NCBI RefSeq assembly: GCF_004010195.1
Contig: NC_057720.1
Location: forward strand, 29,789,631-29,853,630
Reading direction: 5' to 3'
Length of the DNA: 64,000 nt
DNA from: Chiloscyllium plagiosum
Lineage: Eukaryota
This document shows, one piece after another, positions 1-12,270 of the stretch. A program made the translations under genes and the position numbers. The number at the start of each line of letters is the position of its first letter. The stretch's first letter is position 1. The notes below the pieces were generated by a model that was given only the letters and a program-made list of their open reading frames with translations, had not been told where the DNA came from and searched no databases.

Positions 1-477
1 GATAACGCTGGAAGTTCAGAGATACACATGCTCAATTGAAGGGCATTGAAAACATTTGTGATATGGAGTTGTTATAAAGTAAGAATCTCATCAGCTGGAC
101 TCCGCTGTGATGTAGGATGAGTTGCAAAGTCAGGCCGTCTTAAAGGACAAACCTTACCGTCAGTTCGAAAGTTTCTATTCAAGGTCCCTCACACGGAGCA
201 AACCACCAAAATCTCTTTTCAAGATTGAGTGGCCCCATTAAGGTTCCTTTGATAGATGACGTAACAACATTAAAAGGAGAACTTTGTGCTATGGGAGTCA
301 TTTTAAAAAGAATGTTTCAGCATCAATTTTCTTTTGAAAGTAATTTCATTATCCTGATACTTTGCAGATAAAAACTACTTTAGTTTGACTACTTCAAAAA
401 AGGTTCTGTCCTCAGTCAATTGAAAGAGATTGCTTTAAAGAGAATATTGTCCAATCATAACTCATTAGCCTTCTTGG

Positions 478-860
478 AGGAGCAGGAGTAGGCTCGTCAG
501 CCCATTGTTCCACCATTCAATGAGATCATGGCTGATTTGATAGTCTTCAATTCCATTTTCTTGCCTTATCTTTGATTCTTTTCCTGATTAAATGTCTGCC
601 TATCTCAGCCTTAAATATACTTAAGAACTCATCTCTACAGCCTTCTGTGGTAAAGAATTCCAAAGCTTCACTATCCTCTGTGAGAAGACATTTCTCCTCA
701 TCTCTGGCTTTAATGGGTGACCCCTTACTTTAAAATTATGCCCTCTGGTAGGGAAAACAATCTCTAGGCATATACCCTGTCAAACCCCCCTACGAATTTT
801 ATATCTTTCAATAAGAAAGTATCTCCTACTTCTAAGCTCTAATGAATACAGGCCCAAAGG
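478..860 (-). mobile_element. Old CR1-clade LINE 3' end
   Basis: Reverse complement reads like a CR1 3' end (TCTCACAGAGGATAGTGAAGCTTTGGAATTC...ATCAGCCATGATCTCATTGAATGGTGGAAC...CCTACTCCTGCTCC), similar to copies at 7180, 47452 and 63.5 kb. Confidence 0.7.
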
Positions 861-1449
861 TCTCGAACTCTGAGGATATCACAGAGGAAGTGTGAGCTCC
901 CCCTCATCCATGATTATGCTTTCCGTTATCACCGAAGCCTAGTCTCCCAACCTGGTTTTTGTCCTACTCATCTCTTTGTCTCTCTCTGTGGGACTTGAGT
1001 TCTTGCCCATGATCACTCCAGGAATTTTGAAGGCCAAAGCTCATGATCCCAGCAATGATTCCTCCACTGTCGGTTGTGGCCTGTCTCCACTCAAAACCCT
1101 AGAATAAAGTATACTCCAACCTCAGCCGTGTCTAAAAACTCATCCTTCTCTTCTATTGCTACCAGGCCAATGTCCACTACCTGGACCAGCTCAGATGTAG
1201 CAATAGACTGGAGAGAAGGACAAGTAACAGCATTTTTAAGAATAATACTTTAACAGTGTTTTAAAAATACAGGTTTTCTTATTTATACAGTCACTCATAT
1301 GTTGATCCATAACGAATGAACTTTAATAACTATATTCTGAATGTCACTATAGTGCTTTAATGCAGTTTTGATTTCATTAATATGTAGGTTCACTTTAAGT
1401 TTTAAAAGTTTGATAAATGCAGTTCTCCATTATATGTTTATCTTCGAAA

Positions 1450-1760
1450 TTACTTCAACTTACAGTAATATTCTCGTTGAAATATCTCAAGATGCTTAAC
1501 ACTGAACAACACTTTTGAAGTCTGACTTGTTATGCAGGCAAATACACCAGTCATTTTGCGCTAGCAATGTCTCATAAAAACTAAATTGGCAAAGAATCAA
1601 GTAATCTGTGGAACATGGCTTGAAGAATTAGAATATTATTAATTAACTTTTTATTTGATAGTTATTAACTATTGCTATTAACACAGTCAGTAATATTTGA
1701 TGACTTTCTCTCAAGAAGTGGCATGGATGAGTTAAACATTTCACAGTGCGAGCACAGAGC
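1450..1760 (-). mobile_element. Highly decayed Deu-domain SINE fragment
   Basis: Weak similarity to the clearer minus-strand copy at 51315-51700 (e.g. ACTTTTGAAGTCTGACTTGTTATGCAGGCAAATACACCAGTCATTTTGCGC). Confidence 0.4.
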
Positions 1761-2646
1761 ATGAGAACACTGACAGAATATTTTTAGGGATCAGGATCAT
1801 TTCTGGATCCCAACCTCACATAGATCAATCGAGTATCCACTAGCACCATTATCCAGAAGGCAACACATACAGTTTGACCAATTAAAGATAGCATGTGGCA
1901 AGGTAGTTCCTGAGGCTGTAGGTCCAAACTGAGATCTACAGAGATAGCAGGCCAATAAGCCTATCAGGAAAGATCAATGCTGAATGAGGCGGAGAGAGCG
2001 AGGATGTCTGAACATGGAATCGTCCTGGAAATGTGACTAAAATTTCCAACACAAACCGTTCTATAGCCAATAAAGATATTGAAGTGGTGCGAAACACTTC
2101 AGGAGGTTCTGTTTCTGCTATGCATCTCCAAGGCCCAATCATTTGGCATAACGTCCTTCAATCAAAGGTAATCATTGCTTGATCAAGGGACTGACTGAAC
2201 ATTGTGATGGTGCTGAGAGCAAACCCTGCCCCGACTGTGACCCCCTATCATGCTCTCCTTGCAACCCCCAACAAAGGAAACACCCCAACACCTACCTTCA
2301 CTTGATTTCTTTTGTCCTGGGTCCTCTTAGATCCTCAGATTCTGGAAGTGCTTTTCTGGAAGTAGTCATAGCACCACTAAGTGTAAGAGTTGCCAGCCTC
2401 AGCAGTTGCTGGTTGGAGCTTGTGTCCCTCAAGGTGATTCCAGGAGAAAGTCTGCTGGTGATCTGGTAGAAATTGGTGTCAAAAGGTGTGTCGCTGGAAA
2501 AGCACAGCCAGTCAGGCAGTATCTGAGGAGCAGGAGAGTCGATATTTTGAGCATAAGCTCTTCATCATGAATAAGGGGTTGCCCAAAAGAGCTGAGAGAT
2601 AAATGGGGGTGGAGTGAGACCTGGGGGAAAGTAACGAGGAATGCAA

Positions 2647-2953
2647 TACTTACAGTGTGGAAATAGGCCCTTCGGCCCAACAAGTCCACACCGACCCACT
2701 GAAGAGCAACCCACCCAGACCCATTCCCCTACAGTTACCCCTTCACCTAACACCATGGGCCATTTAGCATGACCAATTCACCTAACTTGCACATCTTTAG
2801 ACTGTGGGAGGAAACCAGAGCACCCGGAGGAAACCCACGCAGACACAGGGAGAATGTGCAAACTCCACACAGACAGTGCCCGAGGTGAGAATTGAACACA
2901 GGTCCCTGGTGCTGTGAGGCAGCAGTGCTAACCACTGTGCCACCGTGCTGCCC
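2647..2953 (-). mobile_element. HE1-type tRNA-derived SINE inserted in the PLE inverted arm
   Basis: Reverse complement GGGCAGCACGGTGGCACAGTGGTTAGCACTGCTGCCTCACAGC...TGTGTGGAGTTTGCACATTCTCCC...GGGCCGAAGGGCCTATTTCCACACTGTAAG, close to the copy at 60920. Confidence 0.92.
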
Positions 2954-3489
2954 CGAAGGTGGATGAATGTGGGGAGTGATGGTGATAGGTGAGAGCAGAG
3001 GAATTGGGAGTAAGGGATAGCGTTTTTGCAGGAGGCAGGGTGCAAACGAGGCCACCGTGGCAAACGATGACACCACTTCCACCCCTGCCGCCTCACAGAC
3101 CACAGCCATCACCAACTATACTGCCTCTGCAATCGCTGGCAAGACAACTGCCTCCGTGACCGCCACAAGATCCACCGCCGCTGAAACCACCATGATGACA
3201 ACCCAGCATGGCACTTCCGCCCCTGTAGATGCCACTGTCTCAACCACTTCTGCCCCTACCGACATCACTCACTGGAACACTACCGACAATATCGCAAACG
3301 TTACCTATTACATCACTTCCGCCCCCACGGATGCCACCAAAGGCATCGCTTCTGCCCCCAACTCCCATGGTGACTGTCACTTCCATTGGTGACGTCAGCC
3401 ACAATTCCATAATGACACTCACTCCAGAGACAGTCTCCACCCCCACTTCCAACTCCAGCCCCACACCAAGAACTAGCTCCCAACCCCCA

Positions 3490-5590
3490 GATCTCCCCCT
3501 CACTGAGGATGAGAGATCAGTCCTCAGTAAAGACCTCGCCTTCATCCCCCTACACTCCCGGATCAATGAATTCAGCAGGCATTGCAACCTTGAACGTTTC
3601 TTCCACCACCTCCTCCTCCATGCTTACTTTTTCCATCAGGACCCGCACCCAACCCCCGAGGACCCTTTCTCCCACCTCCAACACACCCCATCCAGCTGGA
3701 CACCCCGTGCTAGTCTGTTACCCACCCTCGATCTCTTCATCTCAAACTGCCGCTGAGACATTGACCACCTCAACCTGTCCACCCCACTCACCCAATCTAA
3801 CTTCTCATCCTCACAACGTGCAGCCACCATTCCCTCCACTTCAACCCCAACCTCACCATCAAACCAGCAGACAAGGGGAGCACTGTAATAGTTTGGTGCA
3901 CTGACCTCTACATGACTGAAGCCACGCACCGAACCGTGGACACCTCCTCCTACTGCCACCTTAACCATGTCCACACCTCCTATCACCACACCATCATCTC
4001 CCAGGCCATCCACAACCTCATCACCTTAGGGGATCTCCAACCAACAGCTTCCAACCTCACAGTCTGGGAACTCCACACCGCCCGCTTCTATCTTCTAACC
4101 AAAATCCATAAACATGACTACCCTAGTCAATCTGTCATCTCAACCTGCTTCTGCCCCACTGAACTTATCTCCACATACCTTGACACCTTCCTGTCCTCCT
4201 TGGTCCAGGATCTCCCCACATGCATTCGGGACCCCATCCACGTCCTCCATCTCCTCTCTGACTCTTGTTTCCCTCGCCCCCAACACCTCAACTTCACCAT
4301 GGATATCCAGTCCCTGTACACAGCCATCTGCCATGATGAAGGACTCCAAGCCCTCTGTATTCTTCCTCTCCCACGGGCCCAATCAGTACCCTTCCACTGA
4401 CACACTCATTTGATTGGCTGAACTGGTCCCCACTCTCAACAATTTCTCCTTCAAATTCTCCCACTTTCTCCAGACCAAAGTGGTATCCATGGGCACCCAC
4501 ATGGGCCCCAGCTATGCCTGCCTTTTTATTGGGTATGTGCACAGTCCATCTTCCACAGCTACACCAGCACCACTCCCCACCTTTTCCTCCGCTACATTGA
4601 TGACTGTATTGGTGTTACATCATGCTCCCACAAAGAGGTTCAACAGTTCATCAACTTCAGGAACACCTTCACCCTAACCATCTCAGAAACCTCCCTCTCC
4701 TTCTTGGACCTCTCCATCTCCATTTCTGGTGACCGACTCAACATGGACATTACCTTCAAACCCACTGACTCCCACAGCTACCTGGGTTATACCTCCTCGC
4801 ACTCTGCCACCTGCAAAAATGTTATCCCTTTCTCTATGTCCACCACATCTGCTCCCAGGAGGACTAATTCAACCACAGAACATCCCAGGTGGCCTCCTTT
4901 ATCAGGAATCGCAGTTTCCCCTCCCATGTAGTCAACGATGCCCTCCAGTACATCTCCTCCACTTCCCGCAACTCCGCCCTTGAACCCCACCCCTCCAACC
5001 ACAACAAGGACAGAAACCCTCTGGTCCTCACCTTCTACCCCACCTACAACACATCATCCTCTGCCATTTCCGTCACCTACAAGCAAACCCCATCACCAGA
5101 CATATATTTCCCTCCCCATCCCAACTGCGTTCCACAAAGACCATTCCTTCTGCGACTCCCTCGTTAGGTCCATGACCCCCACCAACCCACCCTCCACTCC
5201 CGGCACCTTCCCTTGCCACTGCAAGAAGTGCAAACCCTGCGCACACACCTCTCCCCTCACTTAAGTCTAAGGCCCCAAAGGATCCTTCCACATCTGACAG
5301 AGATTTATCTGTACTTCCACACTCATCATCTACTATGTCCGTTGCTCTCAATGTAGTCTCTTCTACATTGGGGAGACAGGATGCCAACTTGCAGAACATT
5401 TCAGAGAACTTCTCTAGGACACACACACTGATCAACCCCTCCTACTCTGCCAAGGATGGGCAAGTCCAGGGCTTCCTCCACTGCCAATCTTTAGCAACCC
5501 GACGCCTGGAGGAAGGACACCTCATCTTCCGTCTTGGGACCCTCCAACCACATGGGATCAATGTTGATTTCACCAGTTTCCTCATTTCCC
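3490..5590 (+). pseudogene. Frameshifted PLE ORF: reverse transcriptase, Cys-rich linker and GIY-YIG endonuclease
   Basis: Motifs across frames: SVLSKDLAFIP, RFYLLTKIHK, FTMDIQSLYT, QTKVVSMGTHMGPSYACLF, FLRYIDDC (~4583-4610), FLDLSI, KPTDSHSYL, GTFPCHCKKCKPC, IYYVRCSQCSLFYIG, RLEEGHLIFRLGTLQPHGINVDF. Multiple stops and frameshifts. Confidence 0.9.
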
Positions 5591-7179
5591 CTGCCCCACC
5601 TTATCCCAGCTCGAACCCTCTAACTCAACACCACCCTCTTGAACTGTCCTACAGGTCTATTTTCCTTCCTAACTATCTGCTTCACCCTCCGCTCCAACCT
5701 ATCACCATCCCCCTCTACCTTCGTCTTCCTATTGCGTTCCCAGCTACCTTCTCCCCAGCCCCACCTCCCTCCCATTTGTCTCTCAAGCCCCTTGGCACCC
5801 CACCACGCCCCTTCCTGATGAAAAACTCATGGTCAAAGGATCAACTCTTCTGCTCCTCGAGTGCTGACTGACCACTGTGCTTTTCCAGCACCACAGTTTT
5901 TGACTCTGATCTCCAGCATCTGCAGTTCTCACTTTCTCCTGGTAATAATTGGTGTGTGGTTTGACAAGACTTTCATGGAAGAATCAGCCTGGGCTCTTGC
6001 TGGCTTCCTAGCTCCCTGATGAAGTTCTGAATAAGGTGGCAAAGTGCTGAATTCCTTCCCTAAAGCATTGTGCCTACATTGGGGGGACCTGCAACAGTGC
6101 ACAAAGGCAGCTCACCTCTGCTCAAGAACAACTAGGAATGGGCAACACATCCTTCAGAAAAATTTTTAAAATGGCAATGCTAAATCTTTGCAAAAATACA
6201 GTAATATTTATATTTCTGATGGGTAGTGTATTATGCAAAACATTACACAAAAAGGATTATGTCTATCATGTCTACCGCCCCTCAAATTTTCACACTTGCC
6301 AAACTTGACGGTGTCATACAGTCAAGACACGTACATATGTATTCCAGATTGTGTTAACTATAATGAGAAACAACATGCACCTTTGTCACAGACAGGAAAT
6401 GAACATTAAAGTATCTATTAAGCTCTCAATCAGCAAACACCAGTACGTGGGCCAAAAGTGAAAGTTGTTCCCTTGTTAGCAAAATAATGCCAAAACACGA
6501 CAAAACAAAAATAATTAGGGATTTAAAAGTTGGTTAATCTTCTTCTCACTATTAAAAGTGTAATTATGAATATATATTCATATAACATGCATTCTGGAAG
6601 CTGATTTCTGTAAATCTTTCTTCCTGTACTTTTCCAAGATTTCTGCTGCTCTTCTGCCAAAGTCATGGCTGAGAATCCTGACCAAAGTTCAACCTTATGT
6701 TCTTCAATGATGCAATTAGTTAAAACTGCATGATGTTTGGGAACTTTATACTTCTGAGTTCCAGAACCTAGAAATAGCCACCCTGGTTCCTCCCTGCATC
6801 TAGGATAAAATCCAGCTTGAGGATTGCACAAATGTACACAGACTTCTCAAGAGAAGTCTGAATTCACATCCAATCTGCTCCATCTAGTTAACCCTACAAT
6901 CTAGCGAAGTGTTCAATTTTGTTACCTAATTATACTTTTTTTCTCACCAGGAAGAATACAGAGAAAAAAAACTATGACAAACTCAGGAAAAATTCTGGAA
7001 AGTTCCCCTTTCATTCCCCATCGCATTCAAGCTTGAGAAAATCAGGACTGTTTGTGACTAATCACAATCATAAGTTGCTACAATTTATTCCCTGTAAGTG
7101 CAAATGGCTTCTCTGCACTTAAAACTCTATAGCAAAGGTTAATTGTTGTTCAGTCAGTCACAACATTTATATTTTGTGG

Positions 7180-7520
7180 GGTAAATGGCAAGATGTTTCA
7201 TCTTGTAAGGGAATGGAAAAGTAGGGCTATAGTTTAAGAATAAGAGGTTTCCCTTTTAAAATGAAGATGAAGAGAAGTCTTTTCTTTCAGAGGATCATTA
7301 GTATGTGAAACTTTCTTTTCTTGAAAGCAATGGAGCAATTGAATTTATTTTAGACATAGATAGTTTTTTTGACAGATAAGAGAGCTAAGAATTATCGGGA
7401 ACAGGCAGAAAAGTGGTGTTGTGATCATAAGTAGATCAGCCATGGTCTTATTGAATGGTGGAACAGGCTTGAAGGGTCAAATAGTCTACTCATGCTCCAA
7501 AATCTTACTTTCTTATCTTC
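7180..7520 (+). mobile_element. Old CR1 LINE 3' end
   Basis: Decayed CR1 C-terminal coding region followed by GATCAGCCATGGTCTTATTGAATGGTGGAACAGGCTTGAAGGGTCAAATAGTCTACTCATGCTCC. Confidence 0.7.
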
Positions 7521-7705
7521 CACATATAAATAATTGAGTAGCAATGAAAGTGTTATTAAGAATTCAATTTATATTGTTCGTTTCGTAAGCTTCTCAATTA
7601 CACTAGATTACAACAAGCTTGGAAAAATCTGTGGACTTATTCATTTTTCTGGAATTTAATAATATCCTTGTGCCAATATTTGTTTCAACAGTGGCAATTG
7701 CAATT

Positions 7706-7852
7706 GTATGTGATTTGTAAAATGGGTGATAGTGAATCAGAAACCCATTTTATATCACTTCCAATTTTCATTTCTATTATACTTCAATGGGAATGAAAAA
7801 AGATGTGAAACTAGCTTTTGACTCACTATCACCCACTTTATACTATCACACA
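7706..7852. repeat. Decayed palindromic (MITE-like) element
   Basis: TGTGAT..TAAAATGGGTGATAGTGAATCAGAA pairs with TTTTGACTCACTATCACCCACTTTA..ATCACA. Inner TTTTCATTTCTATT pairs with AATGGGAATGAAAA. Confidence 0.65.
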
Positions 7853-9180
7853 AAGTCATCTCGAATCTACCTATTGCAGCTAGCTTGTAATAACATGAGC
7901 TTCCCTCATTCATGTGTCAGTGATATGTTCTCTGTTAGCATTTTGACTTAATGTTAGTTTTCACGATTAAGGAAATGCAACAGTGCAATATCTAAGCTCT
8001 CCAATGGCCATATGTATAAATATATAGATACACGTACACAAGCAATTCCAGATTTTCTTTTTACTTGTAGAGTTGATAGCATGCATAGAGGCAAAAAGAT
8101 TAGCAGAGGAAAATTACTGTGAAGTCACCTCATCATGATTTGCTCCCTTCTTCAAGATCAAAATTGGGTAAGGTTGGAGGGCAGGTTAACTTGCCAGATA
8201 TTGCCAAAGAAATTGGAGAGTATGTTCTAAAATAAGGAATAAATTTAAACAAGTAAGATAATATTTTTAATTTGAAAGACATGAAATGCAGCTGTCTCCC
8301 ATGAGTTTATAACACAATGAGTGGGAGTCTAGCTAGATGAGCCTGGGGGCAAATGTGAAACTCCAACCATCACATTACCTCACAGTCATGTCCAATTACA
8401 GCCATATAGTGTTGACAATGGAATTACAGAATATAAAATTTAACTCACCCAGCATAAACTTTGGAGAGGTTCAAGACCAATATGTATTTCATAATTCCTC
8501 ATTTACTGAGAACAGCTTTTGAGTAGCAAGCTTTAGTGCTCCCTATAATGTCAAAAAAATCCTTTCCATTCCTTCAAATTCAAGCTATCAATCTACTTAA
8601 CAGGCCTGATAAGATAAGGATTAGGACACTCTTTTCTTTACAGTACTTGATAAATCTGTTCATTTTAAAAAATATCTTCAGAGGATCCTACTTTGCCAAT
8701 AATGCATCTGAGATAAAGGCTGAGTCATCCTTCCACTGATTTATTCAAGTGCTGCCAGTGTATCCTCACAAAAAAGGAATCAGTGTCTTTGTCAAAAGCT
8801 GGTGTCTTTCTGTTTGTCTTTATGATGAGATTGTGAAACTGTAAACTTTGTGACCACCCTGAAGACTCCAAAGTCACGGAGAAGTTTATAGCAAGTATTT
8901 ATGCAGGTAGTGTTGAATTCTGCCTCTGTGTGATAATGGCAATAACACGTTGAGCACAAGCTTAAAAGAAGGATGATGTATATGAGGAATTTCAGAGCAA
9001 GAAAAGCAGAAGCAATATTAGGGCTCTGCAAAAAAAAAAATTGAGCTGTCATGGAGCTCATAGTCCAAAACGCCATTCTTTCACACTCTGAAAATACCTC
9101 ACAAATTTGAACTCCTCTATTAAATTTCAGTTAAGCTATCTGCTCTGAGAAGAACAACCCAAGCATCCTTTTATGTAGTT

Positions 9181-9365
9181 AAAAATCACACAACATCAGG
9201 TTATAGTCCAACAGTTTTACTTGGAAGTCCACAACCAGCAGATGAAGGAGTGGCGTTCTGAAAGCAAGTGCTTCCAAATAAACCTTTTTGACTGTAATCT
9301 GGTGTTGTATGATTTTTAACTTTGTACACCCCAGTCCAACACTGACACCTCCAAATCATGACTAC
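9181..9365. mobile_element. Short PLE-like terminal fragment with inverted arms (family C)
   Basis: AAAAATCACACAACATCAGGTTATAGTCCAACAGTTTTACTTGGAAG is inverted relative to CTTCCAAATAAACCTTTTTGACTGTAATCTGGTGTTGTATGATTTTT. A degenerate hammerhead-like core CAGATGA-AGGAGTGGCGTTCT-GAAA lies between them. TTTATGTA occurs on both flanks. Confidence 0.6.
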
Positions 9366-9540
9366 CATCTCTTTATGTAACCAGAGTTTCTCACTCACTG
9401 GAAAACTGCAAGCATCGGCTCCATGATTTTCTAAAAAGTGCAAACGTCAGCTGGAGGATTTATCACCAGATCACATTCAGAAAATTGGCCCCAATCTGTA
9501 CCTTAAGTTTGGGGAGCAGAGGAGAAAATAAATTGAAAGT

Positions 9541-9713
9541 TTTCAAAGTTTGGGAGAAGATTTGTAGCTCGGGTGCTCATTGTTGTGGTTCTGTTCGCCG
9601 AGCTGGGAATTTGTGTTGCAGACGTTTCGTCCCCTGTCTAGGTGACATCCTCAGACTGAGGATGTCACCTAGACAGGGGACGAAATTCCCAGCTCGGCGA
9701 ACAGAACCACAAC
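9541..9713. mobile_element. PLE pLTR-derived head-to-head hairpin (family B-like) with 11-bp TSD
   Basis: Arms 9580-9654 and 9656-9715 are inverted around A9655. AAATTGAAAGT occurs at 9530-9540 and 9714-9724. Confidence 0.8.
9621..9654 (-). ncRNA. Minimal hammerhead ribozyme core (5' side of stem I lost at the inversion point)
   Basis: Minus strand reads CTGAGGA-T-GTCACCT-AGAC-AGGGGAC-GAAA-CGTC, with stem II 6/7 paired. Confidence 0.6.
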
Positions 9714-10149
9714 AAATTGAAAGTATATTGTCATGCTACATTATTACATTCCAGTGCAAACGCAACAGTCAGGCATCTCCAGGGAAATAGAGCTGAGTCG
9801 AGTCTCTTAATTTATTAAGAAATGTTTCAGTTACATCAACAGCAGTCAGACACTGAATTATTCCAAAGTTTTATTCTGCAGGGAATGAATAAGGAATATG
9901 TCAGATGAAAATGTAAAGGAATGTTTTGACAGTATAAGGAGCACTAAAGCTTTTTACCTCAAAAGCTGTTCTCAGTAAGTGAGGAATTATGAAATGCACA
10001 TTGGTCATTAACTTCTCCAAATTTTATTTTAGGAAAGACATAAAAGAAATGACCAAATAGGATTAATGTTACTGCGATAATGAATTATTGATAGAAAGAC
10101 TTGAAATGTTTGGACTGAGAACATTAAGTAGTGACCTATGTTAAGGCTC

Positions 10150-10480
10150 CAAGTATATGGTAGATAGTGATCGATGTTTTTCATCATAAGTGAAGTGATA
10201 ACAAATGGCAAAATTTAAGATTATCTCAAAAGAGGGAAGTTTGTAAAAACCTTCACACAATAGGCAGTTAGAATATGGAATCTGATGTCGCAAACCATGG
10301 TTGAAGCAGACTTCATAAGTATACATAAAATGAGTTTGGGTAGATGGAATATTGAAAAGCTGTCTCTGAAAGACTATAAGGAGCAAACAGAAAAGTAAAT
10401 TCAAACTAGGTAGCTGTCAATGAAGGAATGACTGATGTAGATTTGTAGAATAGCTGATTCTATACTATCACATTCTATTT
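10150..10480 (+). mobile_element. Very old CR1 3' fragment
   Basis: Degenerate CR1 3' coding end (AACCTTCACACAATAGGCAGTTAGAATATGGAAT...GGTTGAAGCAGAC). Confidence 0.5.
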
Positions 10481-11410
10481 GACTTTGCATCCCTTTCAGA
10501 CACATAAAACAAACTTTCTTCCAATTGTTGACTGTGAGGGCCCTGTTGAAAATTGATTTAGGAACATCACCCTTAGATTTGTGCCTAACGTTGTACTGTG
10601 AGTGAACTTAATGCTGATTTGGGGTACCTAGAATGCACCCTGTACATAAAATGCTTGATTTTTTTGCATAAATTAAAAGCAAGAAAGTTTATTGTTTAAT
10701 TACCTGGATAAATAGTTTTCCTGTATTAGTTTTGCTTTTCATTGCTACGTTAACATTGCTTTTCGTATAAATCTATCAACTTGCATGTATATGGTTAACC
10801 TTCAGAGCAAGGATAATGCTTGCTCATGGCAAGAACATGTGTGTAGAGTTTTTTAATGTGGAGATGTTTTTGTACTACAGTTAGCACATAGCTCTAGCTG
10901 ACCAAGAAACTCTTACTATCTACCATAAGCATATTGGAAGACAATATTATTACATACATAATGGTAGAGTGAGAGATATGCTGGGCCATGAAGTTATGTA
11001 ATTATAGTTGAATATAATCCTGCTGCTGATGACCCATAGTGCCTCAAGAGTGCTCAGTGTTGAACTGTTAGATCTGTCTGAATCTATCCTATTTTCAAAC
11101 CCTATGTATTCAATGCTATTTATTGCAATGTCCTAATATCTTACTGCATCAACATTTTGTTTGAAACGTTTTGTCTGCAGAAGTACCTTGGGACTTAGAT
11201 TGCATTAATGGCACTACATAAATACATTGTGTCATTCTAACTGAAACTTTATCCCTCAAATTTGCATACAAACAAACTTGCTCACTCTGTCCCCACTTCT
11301 CACTTTCTATTATTTCTTCTTTCCTAGTTCTCCTCTCACGTTGTCCCTCGTGCCCCTTTAATGTTTCAAACTTCCCTTCCTAGCCTCTCTCATTGTCATT
11401 CAGCTCAACT

Positions 11411-12270
11411 AAAGAACAAAGAAAATTTACAGCCCAGGAACAGGCCCTTCGGCACTCCAAGCCAGAGCCGATCCAAATCTACTGTCTAAACCTGTCGCCC
11501 AATTCCTAAGCATCTGTATCCCTCTGCTTCCCACCTACTCATGCATCAGTCTAGACGCATCTTAAATGAATCTACCATGTCTGCTTCTACCACCTCTGCT
11601 GGCAATGCATTCCAGACACCCACCACCCTCTGCGTAAAGTACTTGCCGCGTGTATCCCCCTTAAACTTTTCACCTCTCACCTTGAAAGCATGACCTCTCA
11701 TTATTGGATCCTTCACCCTGGGAAAAAGCTTATCGCCATCTACCCTGTCTATACCCTTCATGATTTTGAAAACAAACCTAACCTACTCAATCTCTTTTCA
11801 TAGCTAGCACCTTCCATACCAGGCAACATCCTCGTAAACCTTCTCTGCACCCTCTCCAAAGCATCCACATCCCTTTGGTAATGTGGCGACCAGAACTGTA
11901 CACAGTATTCTAAATGCGGCCGAACCAATATCTTGTACAATTTTAACATGACCTGCCAGCTCTTATACTTCATACCCCATCCAATGAAGGCAAGCATACC
12001 ATATGCCTTCTTGACCACTCTAGTCACCTGCACAGAAAACTTCAGGGTACAATGGACCTGCACTCCCAGATCTCTCTGCTCATCAACTTTTCCCAAGGAT
12101 CTTCCGTTCGCTGTATAATTTGCTCTAGAGTTAGACTTGCCGAAATGCATCACCTCACATTTATCTGGATTGAACTCCATCTGCCACTTCTCTGCCCAAC
12201 TCTCCAGTTTATCTATGTTCTCCTGTATTCTTTGACAGTCCCTTATGCTTTCTGCTACTCCACCAATCTT
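11411..12270 (-). mobile_element. CR1 LINE 3' portion (internally deleted)
   Basis: ORFs MEFNPDKCEVMHFG...LVRPHLEYCVQFWSPHYQRDVDALERVQRRFTRMLPG and KYFTQRVVGVWNALP. A TTCTTTGTTCTTTAG tail lies at the 11411 end. Confidence 0.93.

Larger units (their letters stand above)
2480..5938 (+). mobile_element. Penelope-like retroelement (Neptune-type), long copy with an inverted copy of its 3' end at the 5' side
   Basis: Decayed RT and GIY-YIG domains on + strand. 2481-2570 is the reverse complement of the 3' terminus at 5813-5900. Flanked by CTGGTAGAAATTGGTGT (2463-2479) and CTGGTAATAATTGGTGT (5939-5955). Confidence 0.9.

Noticed and set aside
3057..3392. Thr/Ala-rich ORF resembling a mucin
   Set aside because: It lies within the TSD-bounded PLE directly upstream of the RT, so it is low-complexity element sequence rather than a host exon.
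6523..6831. 102-aa minus-strand ORF with a possible acceptor (TTTCTAG|GTTCTG)
   Set aside because: No recognisable domain, no convincing GT donor, and no partner exons found. It cannot be excluded without RNA-seq.
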